Of a stretch of DNA of 64,000 bases, positions 49,481 through 59,449 are shown piece by piece. Both the position numbers and the translations under genes were made by a program. The stretch spans positions 128,001-192,000 of the forward strand of contig CAWFJP010000030.1 of NCBI GenBank assembly GCA_963816145.1. The letters are read 5' to 3'. The notes below the pieces were generated by a model. That model saw only the letters and a program-made list of their open reading frames with translations. It did not search any database and was not told the DNA's origin. Each line of letters opens with the position of its first letter. Position 1 is the first letter of the stretch. The stretch is from an uncultured delta proteobacterium (GTDB lineage: Bacteria > Desulfobacterota > Binatia > UBA9968).

Positions 49481-50033
49481 GAACGGTTCATCGGCAGCGT
49501 ATGCGGTTGTGCCGACGGCGTGGGAAGCGGGACGAACTATCCCCCCCGGCCAATGGCAAAGCCACTTTAGTCGAATCGAAGAACGATCTTTACCAGGCCG
49601 CAATTCGCGGTGAAGGGAATGTTCAGCAACGACGGCACGAGAACTCTTGGGAATGAATGACGGCTGGACGAAAACAGTGCTACTCGCCGGAGAATCAGAC
49701 AGTGTTAACGCCGTCAAGATGTCGTGCGACAGAATACCGGGAGATTCCGGCGTGACGGATGCCTTCTATGAATTTGAGCTTAGTGCTGATCTTTATATCA
49801 ACGATCATGTCACTTCGTTCGACACCGGAGTGATCGGCTGAGCTGGCGGGTTGAGCCGCGGCAACGATGGCGCCTTCGGCCCGGTGGAGGCCCAGTTGGT
49901 CGGCCAGATGGTCGGCGGCCATCCCACGGCCAATCCGAAATCACCGTCCGCGAATTTCGTCGCGGCGTCGTTTTCTTTCACTGCGCCGTCGGCCATAAGG
50001 CGAGCTATACGCCGCTGCCATGGCGCATCATGT

Positions 50034-50441
50034 TCAATGGTCGGTTTTGTTCTGCTTCCTGCCCGGCCAATAACTGGCGGGACGCTGAGCGGCTCGTTCT
50101 GCCAACGCGATTTCCTTCCACGCCATCAGCCCCTGGCGCAGATAGGCCGGCGCGAACCCAAGTTCCGTGCAAATATTTTCGAAGGAGAAGAAATAATTTG
50201 GATCCGAGTCCGAGATCCACCGTTCCGCTTCGAGAAATAGTTGCTGCTTTCTGTTACCGTTTGCGCCGAGGTTTCCTTGAAAACAAGCTATCGCATCCCA
50301 CAGCACAGCGAGCATCAGCAGTTTTTCTGACTCTAGACTTAAGGTTCTCATACAGGTGGCACGAAACTGTTCGGGGATGAGAATGTCCGGCTGAAAGATC
50401 GCAAGCGCCTTATCAGAGTCGGGAGCACCAGACGTCGGCAT
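50034..50441 (-). CDS. conserved hypothetical protein (FQPD...EKLLMLAVL.DAI...FSFENIC..LG family)
   Basis: family pattern recalled from Binatia-like genomes; ATG 50441 preceded by GAGAGG. Confidence 0.7.
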   Translation of the reverse strand: MPTSGAPDSDKALAIFQPDILIPEQFRATCMRTLSLESEKLLMLAVLWDAIACFQGNLGANGNRKQQLFLEAERWISDSDPNYFFSFENICTELGFAPAYLRQGLMAWKEIALAERAAQRPASYWPGRKQNKTDH

Positions 50442-50839
50442 ACCTCTCACCCAGCGAAATGAAGCGTCGTTTCTGAGTTGTATGGATTGGCTAGCTGCTT
50501 TCTTGGCCCGCACTCGAATCCCTCCCGGCGTTTTGGTCTTGCTCCTTAGCTTAGAGCAACTGCCGGGCCAGCCGATCTCGGCCGGAATCCCCGGGTGATT
50601 TAATCGGTGCGTCGATTTCAGCCTGCCATTTCGCCACACCCTCCACGCAAATGCGCCCCAGCTCGCTGCCCGACCAGGAATGTTAAGAGTAGCTCCATTA
50701 CGAGGGATAGTGCTGCGCCAGAGCCACAATACCAACCGCACCGACATTTCACCCAGTCATTCTAAGTAAATTGACCTTATGGCTCATCCCAACCATTCGT
50801 CCCGCCTAGCTATCAAGCTGTCTTACAAGTATTTAGCAC

Positions 50840-50855
50840 TGGCTTCGGATTTGCT
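50840..50855 (+). promoter_or_regulatory. putative sigma-54 promoter
   Basis: TGGCTTCGGATTTGCT (GG-N10-GC) upstream of 51027. Confidence 0.55.
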
Positions 50856-51026
50856 CTCTCCAAGAGTAGAACTTGGTGAAATGCATATCCCCGCCGAACC
50901 GAGCGCTGACTATGACCAGTATTTTTCACGTCGACATCGCCTCGACAATGGTTCTTGCCCCGGCGGGTCAGCAGACCCGGTGGCGGCGCATTAATCATTT
51001 GATGACTCAAAAATTTCGCGTATAGA

Positions 51027-51623
51027 ATGTGGCGAATCCCGATCATGAACTTGTGTTTCATCCTGGTCCTGATAACGATTTTAGCGTTACGGCACTCCGC
51101 GGTTGTGTTTGTACCTGACAAATTTTCATATGAGTCTGCTAATAACCGCGGCTTATTCCAGAAGCATCGGATTGTAAGTTCGCTGGGCAATCAAATACAA
51201 GCTGCCCTCGGTAACCTGAGCGATATGGGGCAGCGTTCGCGAATAATTAAAGAATGGTTTCTGGAGTACAAAAACGCCTCGTGGGAAATTCTTCGCGCCG
51301 CCCGCGGCGCCGAATCCGATCTGGTGCAAGCGAGATTTCACATCGCGAACGCAGAAGCTTTTGGCGCCGCGACCGGTCACAAGCAAAGGGCCAAAAAAGA
51401 GCTCATCCGCGCCGATGGCTATTTGCAACACGCTGTTACGGACGTTGCGAGCAATTTGAAGCCCGTCGTGAACGCCATCCGTAAAGAAATTACCGACGCA
51501 AAGTTCGACCTGGAGATGGACCGCCCTGACACCGATATTAATGATGAAAAAATCAAAAACGACTTGGATTCGGTGATCCAATTGCTGCGCGGTAAATCAC
51601 TCCAACCGGTTTCAAAAAGGTAG
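51027..51623 (+). CDS. hypothetical exported/membrane-anchored helical protein
   Basis: N-terminal hydrophobic stretch, amphipathic helices. Confidence 0.6.
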   Translation: MWRIPIMNLCFILVLITILALRHSAVVFVPDKFSYESANNRGLFQKHRIVSSLGNQIQAALGNLSDMGQRSRIIKEWFLEYKNASWEILRAARGAESDLVQARFHIANAEAFGAATGHKQRAKKELIRADGYLQHAVTDVASNLKPVVNAIRKEITDAKFDLEMDRPDTDINDEKIKNDLDSVIQLLRGKSLQPVSKR

Positions 51624-51734
51624 CCGCAACGGCCTTATAGTAAACAGCCGAAGCCGGCTATAACTCCAATCAGTGCACCGTTATGAACTGCTTACTTTAT
51701 GCACGAAATTCCGGCGGGGATCGATTGAATGTTT

Positions 51735-52112
51735 TCAGCGCAGTCGGCCACTGCCGGGCGGCTCACCCAAGGCGAGCTCAACCGCTTCGAGCAATTGCGC
51801 TTTGGTAAAAGGTTTCGATAGTAGCGCAATTCCTTTGCACGCTGTATAGGCCTGCAACGCCTGATCCGCAAAAGCCGATGCCAAGATAATTTTTAAACTC
51901 GGACGCTCTTGCAAAATCGCCTCGGCCAAATCAGCGCCGAGCACTAGCGGCATACGTTGATCGATGATGCATAGATCGAAAGCATCGTCGGTCATCAACT
52001 TGTAAGCGGCAAGACCATCAGCTATACAGACCGCGCCGATACCAACGTCAGCCAGTAATTCTACCAACAACCGGCCGAAGACTTCATCGTCATCGATCAC
52101 CAGTACCCGCAT
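51735..52112 (-). CDS. single-domain response regulator
   Basis: VLVIDDD, IIDQRMP, SKPF; GGGAGG RBS. Confidence 0.88.
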   Translation of the reverse strand: MRVLVIDDDEVFGRLLVELLADVGIGAVCIADGLAAYKLMTDDAFDLCIIDQRMPLVLGADLAEAILQERPSLKIILASAFADQALQAYTACKGIALLSKPFTKAQLLEAVELALGEPPGSGRLR

Positions 52113-52140
52113 CAGGCCTTCCTCCCATCGATGATCTGAG

Positions 52141-52156
52141 TGCAAGGGGAGTGCCG
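52141..52156 (-). promoter_or_regulatory. sigma-54 promoter of the single-domain regulator
   Basis: minus strand CGGCACTCCCCTTGCA, about 30 nt before the ATG. Confidence 0.7.
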
Positions 52157-52259
52157 CAGCGTGGTTCGATGGCGGTGAGCGGATTTAGCCAGCAGAATCG
52201 ATTCGATTAGCGCGACCGCCGATCGGCCGGGTCGCAACTCGCTACCGACGACGTTAATT

Positions 52260-53660
52260 TCACTCGCCTTTCAAAAGCGGCTCGATCTTATAGCGGGCAA
52301 ACATTCGATAGAGAGATCGCCGGTCGACGTTCAGTAGCCTGGCGGTCGCCGACACGTTTCCATGGGTTTGTCTGAGCACATGCAGCACGTAGCGTCTTTT
52401 GACATCCTCAAGGCTCGGAGTGTCAGGAAACAAGAATTGCCCATCTTCCGAAGGCGCAGCTGAAAGTCGTGAATTTTTTGGCTCGCCAACGTCTCGGGGC
52501 AAATCTTCCGGTGTCAAAACCGAGCGATAGGAGAGGGCGACGGCCTGCTCGATGGCGTTTTCGAGTTCGCGAATGTTCCCCGGCCATGTATACGCGCACA
52601 AGAGCGCCATAGCATCGTCGGAAATCATTGGGATCGCCTTGTTATTTTCCTCGCTATACTGCTTGAGAAAGTGCTGCGCGAGCAGCGGGATATCGTCACG
52701 GCGATCGCGTAATGGTGGCAAGTGAATCGCAACAACGTTCAATCGGTAATAAAGATCCTGGCGGAACTCACCCAGCCTGACAGCTTCGGCCAAGTTGAAA
52801 TTGGTCGCGGCGACAACCCGGGCGTCGACTGGGGTCCAATCTTTGCCGCCGACACGGCGGACTTCATGTTCCTGCAGCACTCGCAGGAGCCGGGCTTGCA
52901 AGTTCGGACTGATGCCACCGATTTCGTCGAGGAAGCAGGTGCCGCCCTGTGCTTCTTCGAATACTCCCTTCTTATCGGCAATCGCGCCGGTGAACGCGCC
53001 ACGCACATGTCCAAAAAGCTCGCTTTCGAGAATCGATTCAGTTAAAGCGCCACAGTCTACTGCCACAAAAGGCCGGTGCGCCCGCGGGCTATGTTCGTGA
53101 ATCGCGCGCGCGATCATTTCCTTGCCGGTGCCGCTTTCTCCCAGAATCAGCACGGTGCTTTTCGCCGGAGCGACCCTGGCCACAGTCTTATAAACTTCCA
53201 GCATGGCTGGAGTCTTGCCGATAATTTTGCTGGCTGCTTGGCGCGAAGACATACCCTCGTTGGAATCGAGCGGCTGATCGCCTGGGCGTTGCACGGACCG
53301 GGAAGTCAACGCCCTTTCGACGGTTTTTTGCAGCTCGGCGAGATTCATCGGTTTCGAAATGAAATCGAAAGCGCCATCATGAATCGCCTCCACCGCTGTT
53401 TCGATGGAGCCGAAGGCGGTCATGACGATCACCGGCAGGCCGGGATACTTTTCGTGGACGATACGCGTAACTTCCAAGCCGGACGTACCGGGCATGCGCA
53501 CATCGACGATCAACAAGTCATACGGGCCCTGCGCTAAGCATGCGAGCGCCTGGTCACCCGAAGTCACCTTTTGCACATCGTAGCCCTGGCCTTCCAAGGT
53601 CTCGGCAAAAAGCTGACAACTCACTTCGTCGTCGTCAGCGATCAGAATCTGTGCGTTCAT
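52260..53660 (-). CDS. sigma-54-dependent response regulator (AtoC/ZraR-like)
   Basis: REC, GESGTGKE, GAFTGA, FLDEIG, WPGNIREL, Fis HTH. Confidence 0.93.
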   Translation of the reverse strand: MNAQILIADDDEVSCQLFAETLEGQGYDVQKVTSGDQALACLAQGPYDLLIVDVRMPGTSGLEVTRIVHEKYPGLPVIVMTAFGSIETAVEAIHDGAFDFISKPMNLAELQKTVERALTSRSVQRPGDQPLDSNEGMSSRQAASKIIGKTPAMLEVYKTVARVAPAKSTVLILGESGTGKEMIARAIHEHSPRAHRPFVAVDCGALTESILESELFGHVRGAFTGAIADKKGVFEEAQGGTCFLDEIGGISPNLQARLLRVLQEHEVRRVGGKDWTPVDARVVAATNFNLAEAVRLGEFRQDLYYRLNVVAIHLPPLRDRRDDIPLLAQHFLKQYSEENNKAIPMISDDAMALLCAYTWPGNIRELENAIEQAVALSYRSVLTPEDLPRDVGEPKNSRLSAAPSEDGQFLFPDTPSLEDVKRRYVLHVLRQTHGNVSATARLLNVDRRSLYRMFARYKIEPLLKGE

Positions 53661-54948
53661 TGCGATTCTCTGTTGGCTCTATAACTATCGGCGCGGCGGC
53701 GCTTGGCAGAGATACGGTAATCGTCGTTCCGACCCCCAGCCGACTTTCCACGGCGATCGAGCCGCCATGAGCTTTGACAATTTCTTGACAAATGACCAAA
53801 CCTAAGCCCGTCCCTTTGCCAGGCGCTTTTGTCGTGACAAATAGATCGAAGACTTTCGGCAACATGTCTGGCGATATGCCCACGCCCGTATCGGTGAGCT
53901 TAATGACCACATAGGGTCCTTGATCAGCGATCCCGCCTGCGACGACGCCGGAGATCTTAACCTGACCGCCGCTATCGCAAGCATCGATTGCGTTGTCCAA
54001 TAGGTTGATGAGTACTCGCTGGATGGATGTGCCGTCACCATAAATGACCGGCGAGTCATCGGCGAGCGCCGCGCTTATCTCCACGCCGCGCTGCTTGAAG
54101 ACTGGTTGAAGCAAAAGCAACGTGTCCCGGATCAGCTCGTTGATATCGATTCGCTCCCGCGGTGAACTGCCACGCGTATACGACAAATAGTTTTGGATAA
54201 TATCCCCCATCCGATGGATTTGAGTTTCAATGATCGCTAACCGGCGGCGGGCTCGATCGGGCAGGTTTTCTTGCGCCAGAAGTTGCGCATAACCCAATAC
54301 CGAATTGAGCGGCGTGCCCAAATCATGGGCCACGGTTGCCGTCATCCGGCCAAGCGTGGCAAACCGCTCGACCGGGCCGATCTGCTGTTGCAATCGCAAG
54401 AGTTCCTTCTCAACTTTCCGGCGTTCAACGACCTCGGCTTGCAAAGCTTCGTTGGCCTGCGCTAGCTCGGCGGTTCGCTCCTGAACCCGATCCTCCAGTT
54501 TCGCGTGAGCTTGCCGCAATTCCGCTTCGGCGCGACGTTGGGCATTGGTTAAATAGTTGGTAAGGAATGCAACGATCAAAAAGACGCATAGGCGTACGAG
54601 GGCGTGGGAATCGAGCTCGATCGAAGCGATTGGCGCGATGAAAAGATAATCGAGGGCGAGAGCCGAACACACTGTGGCGACCAACCCTGCGCCGAGACCG
54701 CCGTACCACGCACTCAGCATGACCGCGAGAAAATAAAAGGTGAAATGACTGGGATCGAGCCGCGGCGGCAACAGGGAGGCAAGAAATGAGGCCAGAGCGA
54801 CGGTGGCAAAAGGAACGAAGTAGCGGAACGGAAGCGGCCGGTCGATAACCAGCAGGTTCCGGTATCGCGACAGCAGAGGATGGTGACTTGTCGGACTCAA
54901 AGTGCGCACCGATTCGAGGAACGGATTAAAAGCAGATTTGATTTCCAC
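53635..54948 (-). CDS. sensor histidine kinase with DUF4118 (KdpD-like 4-TM) input
   Basis: F..AV.LSAWYGG..AGL, H-box AHDLGTPL, NLLDNA, DTGVGI, GTGLGL. Confidence 0.92.
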   Translation of the reverse strand: MEIKSAFNPFLESVRTLSPTSHHPLLSRYRNLLVIDRPLPFRYFVPFATVALASFLASLLPPRLDPSHFTFYFLAVMLSAWYGGLGAGLVATVCSALALDYLFIAPIASIELDSHALVRLCVFLIVAFLTNYLTNAQRRAEAELRQAHAKLEDRVQERTAELAQANEALQAEVVERRKVEKELLRLQQQIGPVERFATLGRMTATVAHDLGTPLNSVLGYAQLLAQENLPDRARRRLAIIETQIHRMGDIIQNYLSYTRGSSPRERIDINELIRDTLLLLQPVFKQRGVEISAALADDSPVIYGDGTSIQRVLINLLDNAIDACDSGGQVKISGVVAGGIADQGPYVVIKLTDTGVGISPDMLPKVFDLFVTTKAPGKGTGLGLVICQEIVKAHGGSIAVESRLGVGTTITVSLPSAAAPIVIEPTENRNERTDSDR

Positions 54949-55028
54949 GATTTCGGGTCCGAGCCGGCTAGCGGAGCCAAAAAATAAAGCCGCAGTCGCC
55001 GCGATCTCACCCTAAAGCGAGCTAGATG

Positions 55029-55044
55029 TACAAATTTCATTCCA
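55029..55044 (-). promoter_or_regulatory. possible sigma-54 promoter of the HK-RR operon
   Basis: minus strand TGGAATGAAATTTGTA (GG-N10-GT variant). Confidence 0.35.
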
Positions 55045-55226
55045 CCGGTCCTGAAGACGATTCCGATGATTCCCGCTCATGGAATGTCTACTTGATGCCA
55101 TGCGCCACTGCAAGAACGCCACACCCATCCGACATTTTTGCCTCAATCCGCTGCACGACTGAGTATGGATGGACGATTAAAGACAAGCTCCAGAGGTGTC
55201 CAGCAGCCAACATCATCTCTCATTAC

Positions 55227-55242
55227 TGGCCTCTCCTTTGCT
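55227..55242 (+). promoter_or_regulatory. sigma-54 promoter
   Basis: TGGCCTCTCCTTTGCT 30 nt before ATG 55272. Confidence 0.65.
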
Positions 55243-55271
55243 CGGTGGCTCATGCAGGAGGGAAACTAAAC

Positions 55272-56282
55272 ATGAAGAATCCGATCCTGGACAGATTCTA
55301 CAACCGCAATCGCTTCGCCGTCATACTCGCGGGCGGGGATGGAATGCGGCTTCGGCCTTTTGTGCGTAAACTGCGTGGGGATTTGTTGCCCAAGCAATAC
55401 GTGAAATTCTTCAACCAACAGTCGTTGCTCGAAGCAACGCTCCAGCGGATACGCCGATTGGTCCCGGCAGAAAAACAATTTGTCGTCGTCACCGAAAATC
55501 ATTTCGATCACCCTGAGGTCGCGGAGCAACTTAACAGCCATCCCGCGGTCGGCGTTACAATACAGCCCAGAAACCGGGACACCGGCTTGGGTTTACTTTT
55601 GCCGCTTGCGCAATTACATCGACGGCATCCCGACGCCATCGTCGCGGTCTTTCCATCAGACCACTTTATCGAGCAGGAGGGTTTGTTTCTCACCCATGTC
55701 GAAGCCGCCTACAATTTCGTCGAACGCGAAAACTCGAAAATAGTGCTGCTCGGGATCGCTCCCACCGCGCCGGAAACCGACTACGGCTACATCCTTCCGA
55801 GTAACCGGTGGCACAACGCGTTTCCATTCGGAGCCAGAGAGGTGGCGCGATTCGTCGAAAAACCCGACGCCATTCTGGCCCGCAAACTCATACTGCGAAG
55901 CGGCTTCTGGAATACCATGGTGATGATTTTCAAAGTCAGCACGCTGATCGAGCATGTCCGCAAGATCGTTCCGCAGGCGTATCGCATGTTCGAGGGAACG
56001 GACAAGGCCGGAATCGCGGCCGAATTTGAAAAGCGCATCGAGCAGGCCTTTGACGAGATCGCGCCGTTTAATCTTTCCAAAGATCTGTTGGAAACGCTCG
56101 CCGCGCAACAAGGCCGCGCGCTCGTGGTCTTACCGGTTCGCGGCGTTCACTGGACCGATTGGGGTTCGGAGGAACGCATCATGAAAACCGTGAAACTCCA
56201 TAAAGAAACGCGAATCGGCCTGGAGTCATCGGGTGCCGCCTTCAATTCTTTGCTCAGGGAATTTGTAGCGGGATCGGCCTAG
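55272..56282 (+). CDS. ManC-like sugar-phosphate nucleotidyltransferase, paralogue of 908-2020
   Basis: LAGGDGMRL, LRGDLLPKQYV, QPRNRDTG, FPSDHFI, YGYI, FVEKP, WTDWGS; AGGAGG RBS. Confidence 0.88.
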   Translation: MKNPILDRFYNRNRFAVILAGGDGMRLRPFVRKLRGDLLPKQYVKFFNQQSLLEATLQRIRRLVPAEKQFVVVTENHFDHPEVAEQLNSHPAVGVTIQPRNRDTGLGLLLPLAQLHRRHPDAIVAVFPSDHFIEQEGLFLTHVEAAYNFVERENSKIVLLGIAPTAPETDYGYILPSNRWHNAFPFGAREVARFVEKPDAILARKLILRSGFWNTMVMIFKVSTLIEHVRKIVPQAYRMFEGTDKAGIAAEFEKRIEQAFDEIAPFNLSKDLLETLAAQQGRALVVLPVRGVHWTDWGSEERIMKTVKLHKETRIGLESSGAAFNSLLREFVAGSA

Positions 56283-57439
56283 GGCGCGCCGAAGCATTTT
56301 GTCGCATTGTCCCAGAGCATTTTTCCCATGACCTCGGCTCCGAGGGATTGCCACGCCAGCACCTTGTTCGTCGATTCGGGAAAGCGCGATTCGGCGTGGG
56401 GATAATCGGATGAATACATCAGCACGCCGTCGCCAAGAAAATCGCTGACCATGCGCGCCATCTTCTCGCCTTCGTGGATCACCACGCTGGCGAAAAATCG
56501 CCCACCGGTCATGTATTCGCTGGGTTTATGGGCGAGGTTCGCCGGCAAGGCATAGGGCATATATTCGCATTGATCGTCCATCCGTGCCGCCCAAAACGGC
56601 AGCCAGCCGAAACCGGATTCGAGAATGCAGTAACGAATGTTCGGATAGCGGTCCATGATGCCTGCGCCGAAAAACGCCGTCACGGCGCGCATGGCGCCCC
56701 AAGGATGCGAAGCGGTGCGGCCGATGAACGGGTTGTCCCACAGATCGCGGTACCCGGGATAACCGGCGGTAAAACTATGATGCGCCACACATAATCCAGC
56801 CTCGTTGGCCGCGGCCCAAATCGGCTCCAGCACCGGGTGATCGATGGGCATGCCTTCAGCCAGGTTGGGATGGATGCCCGCGGCCCAGGGCGCGCGCGCC
56901 CAAGCTTTGATTTCCTGCACCGAAGCCTCGACGGCACGGCTGGTGACCACGATGAGCGATTTCAGCCGGTGCGGATACTTGCTGCAAAAATCGTCGGTGA
57001 AACGGTGGTTGGCGCGAATGAAGCCGACTTCAACCTCCACTTCATCGGTTGCCGGCGGCAGACCGGGCAGCATGAGCTGAACGTCCACACCCTCCTCGTC
57101 CATGTCGCGAATGCGCGCGCCAGCGTCATCATCAGCCCCGCCGGGCGTTGGGAAACGGCTCCCCATGAACGTCGGGAAATGCGGCTCGACATGTTCTCGC
57201 GGTCCCGCCTCGCCCAACACCCGCAGTTCCTCGCGCCAACCGGCACGTTTGATAAACCGGTAGCGGTGGCGATAGGGCGGCTCGAGTTTCTCACCGGCCC
57301 AGCCGATGCGAAAGGGCACCTTGCAGCTCTCCCACTCCGGCAACCGCCGGCGCATGGCGGCATCGAAGTACGGTTCCAAAGTTTCCGCCGATGGACTGAG
57401 ATGGGTATCCGAATCGTAAATCTTGAAACCGTTGCGCAT
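56279..57439 (-). CDS. amidohydrolase_2 family protein
   Basis: DSDTH, DMDEEGVD, ESGFGWLPFW, SSDYPHAE. Confidence 0.9.
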   Translation of the reverse strand: MRNGFKIYDSDTHLSPSAETLEPYFDAAMRRRLPEWESCKVPFRIGWAGEKLEPPYRHRYRFIKRAGWREELRVLGEAGPREHVEPHFPTFMGSRFPTPGGADDDAGARIRDMDEEGVDVQLMLPGLPPATDEVEVEVGFIRANHRFTDDFCSKYPHRLKSLIVVTSRAVEASVQEIKAWARAPWAAGIHPNLAEGMPIDHPVLEPIWAAANEAGLCVAHHSFTAGYPGYRDLWDNPFIGRTASHPWGAMRAVTAFFGAGIMDRYPNIRYCILESGFGWLPFWAARMDDQCEYMPYALPANLAHKPSEYMTGGRFFASVVIHEGEKMARMVSDFLGDGVLMYSSDYPHAESRFPESTNKVLAWQSLGAEVMGKMLWDNATKCFGAP

Positions 57440-58026
57440 GAGTGCTCCTTCCTCGTGTGGCTAGCAACCCGTGTGAAGCTATCCATAACACGACTACCAG
57501 CGCCAGTGAACATTGGGTGCCTCGCCCATCCCATTTACAACTGACTTTGTTGCCAAAGAAAAAATCCTACAGCTCGGTTGGAAGCGTAAAAACCAATAGA
57601 TCGCCATCACTTAACATCAACGCGAAGCAAAATTTCGATGATTTTATGCATCACCTTACTATATTTATCGTCATGTGTTATGCTTGCGCTACTGATTGAC
57701 GAAGAAAAGACAACTCCATTTGAAGATTCGCGGAATTCGAAGTTGATCTCCAACCGAATTCTGGTTTGACTCTACTCGTCAGGGTCCTGCCGGTAGTTTT
57801 TCTCAGTTGGTCCAGAAAGCGTTTATCTCCCGTTAGCTGATCGCCACAGTGAGATGACGGCGATGGCAGCGGAATTGCTCGTTTAGTTCTCTGTTAATCC
57901 AGCCTGGTTAGGAGTAGCTACCCGGGCCGAGTAGCTATTGCCGCCTATTTCCGGAAACGCCGCCGGGTGGTGACACGGAAAAACCAGCGGGCCAAATTGG
58001 TATGCTCGTGTCAAATGTTATGAAAC

Positions 58027-59330
58027 TTGAAAGTAGGTAGATTGGCTGATCAAAAAACCGGTATTCAATTGCTCCTGCGTGCTCTGGCTTCAAGAAACTA
58101 TCGCCTTTATTTCACTGGACAAGCACTGTCGCTGATCGGCACGTGGATCCAACAAATCGCCATGCGATGGCTGGTGTATCGGCTGACCAAATCTGAATTG
58201 TTGCTCGGCGTCGTCGGATTCGCCAGCGACATTCCCGTCTTCGTTCTGGTACCCGTTGCTGGGGTGATCGCCGACAAATTCAAACGCCACCGGATATTGG
58301 CGATCACTCAATCTCTGGCGGCGCTCCAAGCATTTATCCTTGCGATTCTCGTGCTCACCGGCCACATCGCGGTTTGGCACATTGTCGCACTGGGCGTTTG
58401 CTCGGGGATCGTCAACGCGTTCGACATACCGGCACGCCAGGCGTTCTTGGTGGACGTGGTTGAGAACAAGGAGGATTTAGGCAACGCCATCGCGCTGAAC
58501 TCCTTCATCTTCAATGGCGCACTGCTGATCGGGCCGTCGATAGCGGGTGTGGTGATCGCCTTTTTCGGCGAAGCGCCATGCTTCATTTTGAATGGCGTAA
58601 GCTATCTGGCTCTGATCGGTGCGCTCTTCATCATGAAGATTCCCGAGAGAACAATAGCCTCCGCTAATCTTAAGATTGGCCGGGGAATCCTGGAAGGGGC
58701 GAGTTACGCGTTTCGTTCGGTTCCGATCAGATCGATCTTACTGCTGGTCGCTCTGGTCAGCTTTATGGGAGTTTCTTACGTACTGCTCATGCCGGTATTC
58801 GCTGCAAGTATTCTGCGCGGCGGTCCACAAACATTTGGCTATCTTATGTCGGCGACCGGCGTCGGGGCTTTGGCGGGCGCGGTCTTTTTGGCGTCGCGCA
58901 AGAATATTATCGGGTTAGCCAAACTGATTGTTGTCGCAGGTGTCTTGTACGGTATCGGGCTCTCCGCTCTATCCTTGTCGCATTACTTAACTGTTTCATT
59001 GTTGATAGCCGTCATGATCGGTACGACATTGATGTTGCAGATGGCCTCCAGCAACACGATCCTGCAGACCATCGTCGATGATGCCAAGCGCGGCCGGGTG
59101 ATCAGTCTCTTTGTCATGGCGCGCCGGGGCGTCGAAGCATTTGGCAGCTTATTGGCTGGCCTTCTCGCCCACAACAAATTGGTACGCCGAACACCTTTTT
59201 GATCGGCGGCATAGTTTGCGTGCTCGCCTCCCTCGCTTTCGCGAGCAAAATATCCTTGCTGAAAACTACCAGCAAATCCTTCTACGCAAATCAGCGAGCC
59301 ATAAAGTTAGCCACCGGACCTGTCCCATAG
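58027..59330 (+). CDS. MFS transporter, frameshift near 59177 before the last TM helix
   Basis: GVIADKFKR, FDIPARQAF, RGRVIS; IGTPNTFLIGGIVCVLASLAF continues in another frame to TAG 59330. Confidence 0.85.
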
Positions 59331-59449
59331 CTCACGTGTGAACTTAGCCATTCCCGACTGCGTATGGCGGCATCGAAGGAAAGACTCCAGGGTTTCGGCT
59401 AAAGGATTGAGGTGCGTGTCCGAATCGAAGATCTTACAACTGTGGCGCC

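Noticed and set aside
49647-49996. DUF1559/pilin-like fragment (DGWTKTVLLAGE)
   Set aside because: Similarity limited to about 12 residues; no supporting N-terminus.
57440-58026. Structured ncRNA between the amidohydrolase and MFS genes
   Set aside because: Only a short TAGCTAC/GTAGCTA hairpin near 57915-57937; no recognisable family.
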